From Cycas panzhihuaensis (lineage: Eukaryota > Plantae > Cycadophyta): a stretch of 64,000 nt of DNA. The stretch is from assembly GCA_023213395.1 (NCBI GenBank), contig CM041465.1:26481741-26545740 (forward strand), written 5' to 3'. Positions 1 through 13,326 of the stretch are shown in pieces; within the stretch, counting starts at the first letter, position 1, and each line of letters starts with the position of its first letter. The position numbers were made by a program, and so were the translations under genes. The notes beneath the pieces were generated by a model. That model saw only the letters and a program-made list of their open reading frames with translations. It did not search any database and had not been told where the DNA came from.

Positions 1-121
1 TACATAGAAAAACAATAGTTTCAACCACCATTGGTTACATCACAAAATGGTATAATACAAATGACAAAATGATCAGTTCTCTTTTAATTTACAAAGTGCA
101 ATCTAGTAGCGACTGAGGCAA

Positions 122-575
122 CAACTATAATTTGATAATAATCATAGCTCAAGCTATGATCTGATCATAATTATGACTCAATTATGATCGAATTACAATT
201 GCAACTCAACTGTGATATGGTCATAACTGCAACTCTAATTACAATATGATCATAACTATGGATCAACTATGATTTGATTGTAACTATAACTCTAAGTATG
301 ATCTGATCATAACCATAACTCCAAGTGTGATCTGCTCCTTACTGTGGCTCTAAATATGATCTGATTCCAACTATCACTTCAACTATGACTCAGTCACAAC
401 TGTTGCTTAATTACAATTGGGTCACAACTATTGCCCAATTGTAATTGGGTCATAACTACTACTCAACTACCATTGAATTACAATTATAACTATAAGTGCA
501 ATCCAATTACACCTACTTCCTAACTATCAATTGATCGCAATTGTGGCTTCTTATTACAATTTAATTGCAACTTTT
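122..575. repeat. Degenerate tandem array, 28-29 bp unit, about 15-16 copies
   Basis: Successive units such as aactgtgatatggtcataactgcaactct, aactatgatttgattgtaactataactct and aagtatgatctgatcataaccataactcc. Variation is mostly C>T/G>A. Confidence 0.85.
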
Positions 576-1689
576 ATCCAAAAGCTCTATATGCAATTTC
601 ATCTACATACATATCCTCCATCACAAAACCAACGAGTACCCTCACTCATTTTCATCAAAAAGAAAAATTCCATATAAACTCCTTCCCCCTCAAAAAATTT
701 TATACCAACAAATACTATGCTTCTTCCATTTCCTTATATAATTTATTTATAGCTTGTCAAATAAACATTGGGTCTAGTTGCACATGGCCAACATAACTTG
801 TATGCCTTGAGATCGACAATAATCAACTAAGATAGCAACATCCCATAAGGCATTTAATTGTGGCATAGTAGGCTATTCTCCTCTATGAATGTGTTCGATC
901 TCTTCTATTGCTTCATTATATAACTACTTAGTCCTAGCTAAATCCTAACATGAATTGTGAATTTTACTCTAAAATTTATTAGCATGCTCAACATCATATT
1001 ATATCTTTAAAATCCATGTGCCTAATTTATAAATTACTTCATGTAAACCTTGGGAAATCTATCAATCAAAATAAGATTTGAATAGTTACATCTTATAGGC
1101 AATGGCATCTAGGCTCTTTACCCAAACCATAATGAATTTATTTTTTAATTTCAAGCAAGCTTCTATAGTAGCTAGTTTTTCCTTAAGTCACTAAATTCTT
1201 TGCATGTCTGATGGGGGTCTTCTATTCCTCTACTCTAGCTTGGTCATAAGCTATCTGGTCACTTTTTTCGAGAAGGATATCTTCCATTATGGAATATCTT
1301 GAGAGTGATAACTCATTAGGTATGGAACACCCTAAGTTATGTCCCTTGTGTGAATCCTCTAATGTTATTTCTAGTCATTGCTTATGGATTTGATCATCAT
1401 TTGATTCCTTGAAGCTTACCGTTACCGATGAAATTCATTTGTCACCACCCTTGCCTTGTCTTTTTTCACCATATCACACTTACCTATAATTTCAAGATTA
1501 AAGGATTTGTCATTGGCCAGATTAATCTATCAATGTTACTTGGGGGAAATTTTCTATTATTAGTAATATTTATAGGCCATCATAATTGTCCTTTACTTAT
1601 CACATCACAATCATTGAAAAGATAACCTTTTAGATCATAATCACCTCATCTAAGGTGTGGTAAGAACCTAGTCATATATTCATGTCACA

Positions 1690-2482
1690 ATCTAAATATG
1701 GTAATGAACTTCTACAAAAATTTAGAATGGGCAATTGTAAACCTTTGCCTATACTAATGGAAATAAGGACCAAGCTAACTTTTGATGAATAAGGCAAGCC
1801 CTTTGGTCATATTTTATACTGGCAATTAGTTGAGAGTTTAATCTACTTCACTCACACTTGACTGGATATCTCTTATGTAATTGGAATCTATTCCAAATAT
1901 ATGTCTTAGCCCAAGGCATCTCATTAGACAGCCACCACTAGAATTCTTAAATACATCTACAGTATACTTTAGTTTGCCCTTGATTACAACCAACTTAATA
2001 ATCCTATTCTAAAAGGACATACAGATGTTGATTAAGCTAGTTGCCAAAACGCATGCCATTCCATTGTAGGGTACTACTTTGACATGAACTTAATTGTAGT
2101 CTCTTAGAATTATAAGAAATAAACAAATATTGTTCTTTCCTTCATAAAAGTCAAATATAAAGTAGTTGTTCATGCCACCACTAAGGTGATTTGACTATGC
2201 AAGATTCTTATGAAACTTAGACTTCAATAGATGCATGCCACCACTCTCTTTTGTGATAATTAGAGTGCTTTAAAAATGACTAGGAATCTTGTCTTCCATG
2301 TGAGAACCAAACATATAGAGGCCTATCATAACTTCATCCATGAGCATGTGCAAAATAGAAAAGTAAACCTTATGTACTGACTGACTAAGGACCAAGTGGT
2401 AGATATCTTCACCAAAGTACTTAGGAGACCAAAGTTTGAAAGGTTCTGGCGCAACCTCAATGTTAAAATAAATAGAGCTATC
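1690..2482 (+). pseudogene. Ty1/copia RT-RNase H 3' relic
   Basis: Manual translation gives ELLQKFRMGNCKP, YWQLVESLIYFTHT, FCDN*SALKMTRNLVFHVRTKHIE and VVDIFTK, with many stops. Confidence 0.9.
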
Positions 2483-2730
2483 ATTAAGGAAGGGTATTAA
2501 AACATTAGTGATACATCATTTATAAATGTATTTTTATATATCTTGTACCATTGGTATACCATAATATAAATTGAATTCTAATGTAATGTAATATCACATC
2601 TGCCCCCTTGCTGAATAATGAGCTAATAATATTAGCCTATTATATCAGCCAATGAGACTATTTTCTAAGGCATATCATGGTCTATAAATTAGACCTGAAC
2701 ACCATCATTTATACATTATTTTACTTGACA
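2483..2730 (+). repeat. PPT (attaaggaaggg, 2483-2494) and probable 3' LTR of the copia relic
   Basis: Purine tract directly after RNase H, then TATTAA (decayed TGTTAA), a ctataaat TATA-like box and a ...ttgaca end. No partner LTR in the window, so the right boundary is uncertain. Confidence 0.55.
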
Positions 2731-3379
2731 CGACAAAGTCCTACTAGAATATGGATTAACCAAGCCAAGCAATTTAGCCATCCTAGTTCTATGCAATTAG
2801 TTTGCTTTCATCTATTGTTCTATTTTGTTTATGATTTTGCTTATATGCATACGCATGAGTTTGTAGATCATATTTTGAATTTTTTAATAAAAGGGGAAAT
2901 GTTTTATCATAGCTATCTCTTTTTAGTATTATTAGGTTCATGTCTTAATTTGTTTACTCAAGTCACTTATTAGTTATGGTTTCTACCTATTCAATGGATA
3001 TCACTTGGTTAGCATTTTAGTTGTTGGATCTACTTTGGTTTATTATTTAATTAAAAAGCTTTGGTCAGCATATGGTTAAGAATACATCATTTTGTTTTAA
3101 ATCATGAAAATTAAAGAATATCTAATTGGATAATTGAATGTATATCATTATGATTATCTATATTTGCCAATGATCGATACTGTAATGTGATTTCATGCTC
3201 ATGTCTAATATGGTCTGTAAACTGCTCTAAGACTTACCCTTTTTAACCATTTTTTTTCAATACTATGAAGCATTATAATCAATTTTAGTCTCGTTTCTAC
3301 CACATTTTAACATTTTCTTACCATAATCTAGTCTTTATTAAAGCCATTACTACTTTTATAGGGCTTAGCAAGTGTGTTT

Positions 3380-5897
3380 TGTTGATTTATACTTTTTTGC
3401 TTTTGTCTTTCCTAGCCTTTCTATTTTGTCATATTTTTAGCAATACTAAAAATATGAAATTACAAATAAAATATGACAACCTTTCACGATCTTTGTTTCA
3501 TTTATAAAATTACATTTTTATTTATTTAACATAATTTTCACTACTATACCTATAAATTAAGAAATAAAATACATATTTCTCACTTATTTTCCTCTAATTT
3601 CTATCCAGATTCGTAATTTAGCACTACCCCACTTGCCCTAACTAACTCATAATTATCTTACCTTCCTCCATGTAAGATTTGATTAAGGAAAGTTAGTTAA
3701 ACCATGGGTAAAAACTATGATTTTCCCATTCATCCTCCTCCCTCTATTTTTCTATAAATCCTTGTGTTTTTGCAGAGGAAAGAGTAGAGCTTTTGGTGTA
3801 ATAAAGTGCTACCAATTTCTTATCAACATTCCTTGCTAGTGATCTATTACTATTTGAAGTGGATTAGAGCTCACTTTATTGGAAGTTTGTGAAGTTTGTT
3901 AGAAAGATTGGAGGTTTATCCTTGCCTTAATTATTTCTTAGTTCTCATATTCACCCCTCCACCCACCTATTAGTGCCTCTTCTCTTGGTTTCCACCAGTT
4001 TTTAGGCATTATCTTCTCTCCTACAACATTTACTATTGTTAAGTTTATCATCCTCATAATACCTAAAGGTTTTTATGACATGTTAAATGGGAACTTAGTA
4101 TCGATCTAAGGTACTTTACACTCATTTGGATCAACTTTGAAGTATCTTTCTCTATAATTCAATATTTATTTTATCAATTAAAATAGTTTATTTGGGTTTA
4201 ATTTTAAAAAAAAAAACATAATTTTTCATTGCTACTTCTCTTATTTTTTAGTCAAGGCTTATTTGCTTCTTATGTTTTATTAAGTGATTTAACATAGAGA
4301 TCAAACTAGTTTTGATTTCCATCTTATTATCACATTATTAAAAGCATTAAATAGGTCATTTTGAGGGATTGAACTAGTCTCAATCCATAATATTGACTAC
4401 CATCAAGTCAAATCCATTTTTACCCCTTTTTCTTATCCCTATTCATAATTTACAAAGAGATTTGTCCTAATAAAGGGCTAAATAGACCAAGCCAATTCTT
4501 TGTGAAGAGATGAATGGAAGAAAAGGGTATATTTCAAATAGTTGAGTGCCCTTACTCTCTTCTATAGAGTTTTGGGTAACTCAGGTCACTCATGTGCTAT
4601 CAAAATTCTCCATATGCACTAGAAATGCTATTAAAACTTTGATATAGTTTCAAGGTTACACTTAAAGTTTTTTTCTTTTAAAAGTGATAATTTTGACATC
4701 AAATACTATTTAATTATTTTGATCAATGGGCTACATTCTAAAGTGATAGTACTCAAAGAGCATGAATCTTTTCCTCCATAGCTCTACTGCAAGGTACTCG
4801 CCTTATCTTCATCTCTTACAACTTTGCTTTTTGTCTTTAAGTTTACATAAATAAAGAAAAGAAAGAAAAGGAAAGGGAATGAGCATTCACTTACATTGCT
4901 TATTGGGTTATTAACTGATCTCTCTTCCTTATTTACTTATAAATAAATAAATAAAAAGATAAAAAATTAATATTTCTGTTTACAATCAAAACCTATAATT
5001 ATATATTTCTAGGATTCACATATTCTTTTATTTTCTAATATGTAGATCATAAAAGATTGAAAATGAAATAGAAGAATAACAACTTAGATAACCATAAGTG
5101 TAATGAAAGAACTTAGAATCGTTCTTTGATTATGTGATTAGTTTCTTTCTTCTACAAACTATTTAAGAAAGATAAACAAAAGAAAGGAAAGGAATTACAT
5201 CCATTTATGCATGATTTGATTGTTATATTGTATGCATGATTATCAATTATTATTTACATTCAATCTTAAGTTGCATTCTAGACCTACATGTAGGAATGGT
5301 TTGTTCTTATTTGGTCCCCTTAGGATAGATTTCATCCCTTTGTTAAAGACTTGCTTGATCACTTAAGACTTAGCATCCTCAGTGTACAAGCTCCACTCTT
5401 AGGGATAAATACTTCTCATCATTAGGAGTCTTTTGATTGACTAAGACTTGATATCCCTAGCATATAAACGACTCCTTCATTGACATTATTTTCTTTCTAG
5501 TTGTGTTCTCAATGCTAAAGGAAGTATCATGCTATTATCATTTAGGTTGAAAGCAACTTCTTATTTCTAACTTTATCCCTAAGTGTGGGAACTCATTAGA
5601 GTTAAACACAAGCATCCTTGGGACATTCATCCGTACAAATTGATCATCACTAAATAAGAGAGTCCCCAATGACTGATACCTAATAGGGTCATTAATCTAG
5701 GGTCTAATCTCTCTTATATCCCCATACTTATCAATCCTCTAGACCTATAGCTAATGCAGTATAGATTACATTTTTTAAGTGGGAATAGAGATCTAGGTTA
5801 GAGTTTTATTGATAGGCCTTTTTAGATAGAAATAGAGGAAACTAATCCAAGTAAATACCTTTTGATGGAGTCTTATAGGTGTTTTCAAAATTCAACA
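3380..5897 (+). repeat. Putative large (about 2.5 kb) Gypsy-type LTR or solo LTR
   Basis: TGTTGA...TCAACA termini, ctataaat at about 3752, aataaa at about 3800, non-coding. No TSD recognised. Confidence 0.35.
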
Positions 5898-5946
5898 GGT
5901 GAAAAATAGAATTTCTATACTCTAAAAAGTGAAAAAATATCTATTA

Positions 5947-6190
5947 CTAGGTGTGACCAGATTGCAAGTAAATGTAATCAGGTGTAACTAGATTGTGAGT
6001 AGGCATAACAAAGTATGACAAGATTGTGAGTAGGTGTAACTAAGTGTGAACAAACTATGAGTAAGTACAACCAAGTGAGACCAAATTACAACTAGGTGCA
6101 ACCAAACTACGTCTAGGTGTAACCAGACTATAAATAGGTATGACCAGTTGTGACCAGTAGGTGCAACCAAGTGTAAGTAGACTACGATCG
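5947..6190. repeat. Degenerate tandem array of 21/31-bp units built from a 10-bp AGGTGCGACC-like subunit
   Basis: Units agtaggtgtaactaagtgtgaacaaactatg, actaggtgcaaccaaactacg and tctaggtgtaaccagactata. Confidence 0.75.
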
Positions 6191-6629
6191 ATGGTAGAAA
6201 AAAAAAGTAATATGATTATCACAAAAATTACCCAGCATAATCGTACACCTGTCAACTACTTAATGAGAGAGAGAAATATTTTTTTAACTAACTTTTCATT
6301 AGTTATAAATAAAGGAAAATTAAGATATAAAAGGGAAAAAATAAAATAGAATAGATAGAATGAAGGGAAGTTGAATGGATAGGGAGGAGGCATGAAGTAG
6401 AATGGCATAACTTAAGGATGGAGTAAAATCCCAAAAGATTAACTCAACTTATGGCATAACTTGTATCCCATTAGGGTGCATTCTCTTCCATACCTAAAGG
6501 CAAGAAGAAAGAAGAAGATGAACCAATAAAAGAGAAAACGAGTGAAGGTACCCAGGAAGGCCTACTTATGACCACTAAGATGAGGAGGAAATAGATGAAA
6601 ATCCATCATTAGAGAAGCCCATGATAGCA

Positions 6630-8965
6630 CATCCATTCAAGGATGAGGCAAAGCTAGAATTGCCCACCTACAATGGAACTCTGGATACTAAGAAGCTAGA
6701 TAATTAGCTAGACTAATTAGAGACATATTTCTCAATATATGGATACAAGAACTAGTAGAGGATCACATTTATTAGGCTAAAACTCTATAAACATATATTG
6801 GTCTGGTGGAATGCATATCTAAAATCCCATGATGGGGCTAAGATAACATGGCAGTAATTGAAAGCCCTTATTAAAAAGTAATTCTACTCTATTAGGCATG
6901 AAGAATAATAGCAAATTAAATGTTAATATTATAGACAAGAAATGGGCTTAAATGTCTAAGATTATACAACAGAATTTTAGAAGCAAGTTGTTATGTAGGG
7001 CATTTCATTAAATGGTAAAGATATGTAGTTGAAATATATTGGAGGTCTACACCAATATAGTCAATAGGAACTCCAACTATTCAAAGTGAAAACCCTTAAT
7101 GAGGTCAACAAGAAAATAGTTGTTATTAAGAAGAGGAACAAGAAGATTTATATAGAGAGGAAAAGGTTTGTACCTTAAGGAGATAGTAGAAAACCTCCTT
7201 AAAGAAAGAAGTTTTTAGGAGAACTAGGACAGTAACCAATTGGGGTTTTGGTAAGAAGAAGCAAGCCAATACCACTTAAATCAAAGTCTCTTACACACAT
7301 TACAAGTAGGCAAGATATAGCATAGAAGATTATTAGTTTTTAAATCTAAAGAAGTAAACCAAGAACAAGGGAAAACATAAAGCTAAAGTTAGAGGCAAAG
7401 CTTTACTCAATACCATAGGAGAAGAAGATATTTATGACACTAAAGGAGCCAATGAGAAGTTGATTCTCATGGCTAATGCTGAACCTAAAAACAACCATCA
7501 ATAGGTTAAACTAGAGATTAGAGAGGAGTTCTTCATGGTGATAATACAAGTAAAACAAGGAGGAAGCCAAAAGAATTTAATCTCTGAGGTGTTAGTGAAG
7601 AAGTTGGGATTAAATATGTATACATATCCAAAACCATATCCTCTTAGATAACTACAGAAAGATTCAGAACTACAAGTTACTCACCAATGCAAATTCAAGT
7701 TTGCAATTGTAGAAAGGTTCATTGATGATGTTGGATGTGAACTGGTTCCCCTAGGTGTTTTCCAAGTTGTGTTTGGTAGTCTATATCTCTATGATAGAGA
7801 TGGAGTTTATTATAAGTGATTGATATAAATTGAACTTATCAAGGATGGTAAAGCATACTTGATTAATACATCAAAACCTCAATAGAAGATCCCTCTCATA
7901 TCCTCCCAACAAGCAAAGATATTGAGTAATGCTTGTGGAAACTTTGTGCTATTGATGGTGAAGCAAAAGGTGGAAAAAAAAGAGAAAGTAGAGTTCTCAA
8001 CATAGGCACTTGATAGAAAACAAGTGTAGAAGATTAAAGACCTAAGAAATAGGTATAATATCATATTTTAGGATCCAAAAGGGCTACCCCCTAAGAGGGA
8101 AATTGAGTATGAAATTTAGTTAGTTGTCAATTCACCTTTGCCCAATCTTAGTCTTTATTAGAACTTTATTCTGGAGAATGAAGATATTAAGAAGCAGATT
8201 CAAGAACTCTTAGAGCAAGGAGATATCAAACCAAGTTGTTCTCCTTACAATTCACATATTATTTTGGTGCTAAAGAAAGATGGAGGTTGGAGAATATCCA
8301 TTGACTATTGGGCATTAGACAAGATTACAATAAAGAATCAACATCCCCTACCATGAATAGATGACTTGTTGGACCAATTATAGTTTGCAAGATATTTCAT
8401 CAAGTTGGACCTAAAATCAAGCTACCATTAGGTTTGAACTTGGGAGAAGGACACTTGGAAGACAGCCCTCAAATTGAAGCAAGGGTTATTCAAATAGATG
8501 GTGATGTAGTTTAGTTTATATAACGCACCCTCCACCTTCATGGGGTTGATGAATGAGGTATTAAGACCTTTCATTGATGATTTTATTATTGTTTATCTAG
8601 ATGATATTCTAATTTTTAATCAAACTTGGGAGAATCACCTCTAACATGTTGAGCAAGTGCTTAAAATGCTTCAATAGTAGTAGCTAAAACTTAACCTAAA
8701 GAAGTGTATGTTTAAGAAGTAATTTCTCATCTTCTTGGGATTTATAGTTGGATGAGGAGAATTGAAAATTGACCCAACAAATATTATAGTCATTCTTAAT
8801 TGGCCCACACCCAAGATAACCATGGAGGTAAGGATATTCATTCATGCTTATTAATATTTAAGAAAGTTTATGTTTAAATTCTCTCAAATTGTAGCACCTC
8901 TATTTTTAAATTCTCTCAAATTGTAGCACCTCTACATGCATTGGTGGAAGGGCATGCAAAATTCT
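6630..8965 (+). pseudogene. Ty3/gypsy gag-protease-RT relic (chromovirus-like), 3' truncated before RNase H/integrase
   Basis: PFKDEAKLELPTYNGTLDTKKLDN*LD*LETYF (gag), GSQKNLISE (protease), [46 protein letters not shown] and VYLDDIL at about 8591 (RT). Confidence 0.9.
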
Positions 8966-10530
8966 AGATACATCTTAAAGCTTATATAAGGATAAACTAA
9001 CTATCAACAAGAATCAAAGTTTGTATTACATCACCACTCATAATTTCTCGAAAGGTGAATGTATTTTACTCTCTCATAATATGGAAAACTTGGAGCATAA
9101 TTTATATCATTAGGACCCTGGTAAGAACTAAGATGTCTCTTAGTATGTAAGTAAATATTTTGATGATATCAAAATAAGAGCCATGAACAAAATAGTAGAC
9201 AACTTAGATTTTTTTTTAATAAAACCTTTAGAAAGGGAACTTGAATGCAATGATTATTACCAATTAGAAGAGTTTTTAAAGGATTATAATGGATGGTTTG
9301 ATTATTTCAAGAGGAGAGTCAACTTCTTTCATTATGTATATTATGAACTTGAATCTCTATTATATACATTAGCAAATGATTAGGAAATATGTATGCTCAA
9401 TAAGAATTACCTTTGGTGATATTAAACCTAGAAGTTTTGTGTGAATGCTACATTTAAGAGTCAATACAAAAAAGCTTTCGAGAAGCATCAAAATAGAACT
9501 CACAATATTAAAAGTATACAATAGTCTTCAAAAAGTAAATGGAGAAATTTGAATATGAACATATGATAAATAAAGAATGGTCATATTATATGACATATTC
9601 AATATCATTTCAAAAAATATTTTCTTTTAAGAAATTGTTAAAAGTTAGAAAAAATAATTCCTCCTACTCATGTGAAATCATTTCATAATGAATTAGTGTA
9701 AAAGAAGTAAGCAAGTCATGTTGAAGAAGTAAACCATTATAAAATCCAAGATTTAACCTCACAAGATAAATATTATGGCCTAATGTAAGATAAAGTTCTA
9801 GACAATGCATCACAAAAGGAAGATATTCCTACTAGTGATCATTCAAATATATGAGGAATATTATATAATAAATTAATTGAGCATAGAGCAAGAGATAATT
9901 GACCAAAAGTTTGGGAATAGAGTGACCCAACTCCTAATATAAATAATAATAATCATAACACTATAAGTGAAATTTTTAAAGATAATCTTAGTGGAATCAA
10001 TATACTGGATAATAAGAATTAAATGGCTACAACATATATACCAAGAAACTCCCTAATGCTAACGATAATAGTTTTGCCTTCTAATAAATCTAAGAAGATC
10101 CAAAGCATTGATATAGAATCCTATATTTTAAGATAATATTGGTTTATATCAACACCAACATCAACTTTTTAAATGTCTACATTCAATAATCTTATGAATG
10201 ATGGCTATTCAAAGTGTAGCATCAATCAACAATCTGAAATTAAATTTTAGTGGAATATTCCTTGGCAGTAATCTCCAATCCACAAATAAGGCATATGGAA
10301 ATTCAAAATTCTTATAGTTGGGATCTTCTAAAGAATTCTAATTTGTCTATAACATTACCAGCTTATTCAAAATTTCCCTTATATTTATATTTATTATTAT
10401 TTAATGTTCCAATAATTATAACTCCACAATACACACTAGATGATTATGGCAACCTCTCATCAACAAAAGGCAACATTAGGCAATCATTTTTAATATGCTT
10501 TGAGGGCAAAGCATTTTAAGAGAGAGATAT

Positions 10531-10779
10531 TGTTATGAACCTAATTCACAATTAACAATTATTTAACATTTGGAAGGGTATGATTGAAAAGTCATGACTT
10601 CTTAAATAAACATCATCTCATACATTAAAAAATGAGTGTCATTGTATTGTATCATCATTTATTTTATAATCTATTATTTCCTCTCTAACCTTTATATAGT
10701 TTATGTATTTTCTTATGCTCATATGCTCTTTCCTTGGTTTAGGCCTTTATTCTTAAGTTATGATCTTAGGTTCATAATA
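10531..10779 (+). repeat. 3' LTR (249 bp) preceded by a PPT
   Basis: aagagagaga tract at 10518-10528. The termini tgttatgaaccta...taggttcataata form a 13-bp inverted repeat with one mismatch. Confidence 0.7.
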
Positions 10780-10899
10780 GACCTACTTTCAAGACTTAAT
10801 CAAGTGATTTCTACTATGAAAAATCTAATTTGTTCAAGAAATTAGTGGAAAATCAATCATTTTAACACAACTTCATGTACATAATCACTTCCAAACACT

Positions 10900-11873
10900 C
10901 AATAATGGTGAATAATCCTCATATATTTAGTTTGGTAACTAAGATATTCACTAGTATAGATAATTATCCATTATGGAAACACTAACTGACAAGCTTCCTA
11001 GAGATAAATAATATGCAAAAATGCATTAATGTAGAACCAACTATGCCAACTAATGCTCAAGAAATGAAGATAGATTAAGAGTCACTTTGGTATTTATAAA
11101 GTTTTCCATTGGTGAAAACTTAATAGTTAATCTTGGAAATACAAAACACCAAAATGAGCATAGGATGCAATCATCTCTCTTTATAAGACTAAAAACAATA
11201 TGTGGATCCTATCCTTAAGGAATTAGCAGTACAATATGAAGTTGAGTGGATTGATGATTGATCACCTATAAGAAATCAATATAATTAAATACTAATTGAG
11301 TGCGATGTAGAAGCCACTTGAAGAGTTTGAGCTAGTAACTATAATGATCTAGTCCCTGTAAAATTTCATCACCAACCTAAGCTTAAATAGTAGAATAAGT
11401 TCAATAACCTTTAATGATCTTAAAGGGCAATTAAAGTTGCATGAGAAAAGACTGAAGGATCTTACTGGTAAAAGTTTAGGAGTCATGGATATGAAGAATA
11501 AAGGAAAACCTCCCTTTATGCTAAGGAGAAATATATTAGTTAAACATAATGTTTAACAAGAGGGTCTTAAGGGACAAGCGAAGACAAAGTATTAGCATTG
11601 TAAGAAACTTATATATTTGAGAAAATATTGCAATAGTTTGAAGAATCAGCAACCAAAATAATAACATCAACAACCACATCATAATCAGAAACAACATTGG
11701 CAAAATCCAAAATAGCTAGACAGGGGACATGGTGGTTATAAAAGCAAATTTCTTACCATTCACTCTATTAAAGTTGAAGAGAAGAACAAAATACTTTTCA
11801 TTTCAACATACCTTATTCATGATAATATAAGAAATATTTATATTATATATGTAGGCATAACCAAACACATGAC
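10900..11873 (+). pseudogene. Copia A, part 1: gag, zinc knuckle and start of protease
   Basis: NYPLWK, LKGQLKLHEKRLK, a decayed CCHC at about 11590, and ...GITKHM|T interrupted at 11874. Confidence 0.8.
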
Positions 11874-12753
11874 TGTTGACTGGGGTTTGTTCCCACTGCA
11901 CTTGTGGGAACAGTGCACTTGTCAAGGTTACACAGGCTATAGTCTAGTTAGGATACTGTCAACATGGTTATTCACATACATTCCACAGATTATTCACAAA
12001 ATTATATCACAAAAGTATACAGCAACATAGAATTCAACACATATTCAGCACTTCATCCTTATAACACAGAGAATACATAGCTTTCCACGTAACTCTTCTT
12101 TTCATTAAGTAATAAGTTTAATTACACAGAGGGCTGGAATGCATTCCTATGCATTCCAGCAGCATACACTCCTTCTGTAACATGCGTACCCAGATGGTAC
12201 TTATCAATGAACACTGCTCCAATTGGCTATCATGCGTGCTGGCATCCACACCATTGTGTACCCTCGATAGTTGGCTCTCACCCTCTAAGAGTATACAATA
12301 GGATTGAATCACTCGGCTCTCACACTGGAATGGTCCTCAAAGCATCATTAAATATGTCCCTTTGATGCCTTTTGGGTGAAAGGTTATGACCCAAAGTCAT
12401 AACCATACTTTTTTGTCACCAAGGTACCCTTTCACTTTAACACTTGATTAAGTCTCCTTAATGGTGTCTTTTCTGATCTGTACATCCGTACGTACGTCTG
12501 GCAGCTCCCCAGGCTTCCACTGGTCCCATACTGTCATGCGTACCACTTCCGTCTATTTTCATTCTGCCACTGGTACGTATCTATGTTGCATACCCGTTCT
12601 AGGTATGCACCTATCATATATACTCAGAATGCTGGTTTTTCTACTGTTTCGCCTCGTGTGTACCTTCGTATGATCTGTACCTGCATTCCTTTGGTTCATA
12701 CAAGCCTGTATTCTGTCTTCCTCAAGGCCTATGTATCACAATATATCCCAACA
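11874..12753 (-). repeat. 3' LTR of the non-autonomous Gypsy
   Basis: Direct repeat of 16953-17821, about 90% identical by eye (19 differences in the first ~207 bp). Confidence 0.95.
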
Positions 12754-13326
12754 TCTATCCCGGGTCAACATGATTGGGTTGAGCATCCTTGCTCAACAAA
12801 AAATTCAAAATTTAGGGTATTCCTCCCCCTCTCTATTTTAAGGCTACTCCTATTGCCTCTGCTCCACTACTTGGTTGTCATTCTTGGTTAATAAATCCTC
12901 ATCTATTGCCATTTTGTTTTGTTCAACTTTCCATTGATTTTCTGTATGATGATATATCTTTCCTCCATGCTTTACCATATTGCTTATTTGTATGATATGA
13001 GTTATGGTTGTTTTTCTGTTTTTTTTTTTTTTTTTTTTGTATTTTATGTTACATACTGAACTGAATCACGTTCCAGTATCAAGGCAATTCGATTTTGCCT
13101 CAACTTCATGCAACACATTATAGTACAACCAGCTGATTCAGCTAGTAAGTTGCTCTACCGTAGTTGATATAGGGTTTTAGTTTACTACCCTTTATCATTT
13201 TAGGTAGTAGCTGGCCTAATAGTTTCTTCAATGGATAGTGCCATTCTGGTACACTTTCTCAATCATATATGGGCCTTTCCAATGCATTTTTAATTCTCCC
13301 TGGATTGTTTGGGATTTGTTGTCGAA

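Noticed and set aside
600-1680. Host gene or identifiable TE protein
   Set aside because: No recognisable motif in either strand by manual translation; left unassigned.
11940-12323. Intact tRNA-Glu gene or tRNA-derived SINE in the LTR
   Set aside because: The matches are separated by about 300 bp, the anticodon arm is duplicated, and there is no contiguous T-arm/B-box or cloverleaf.
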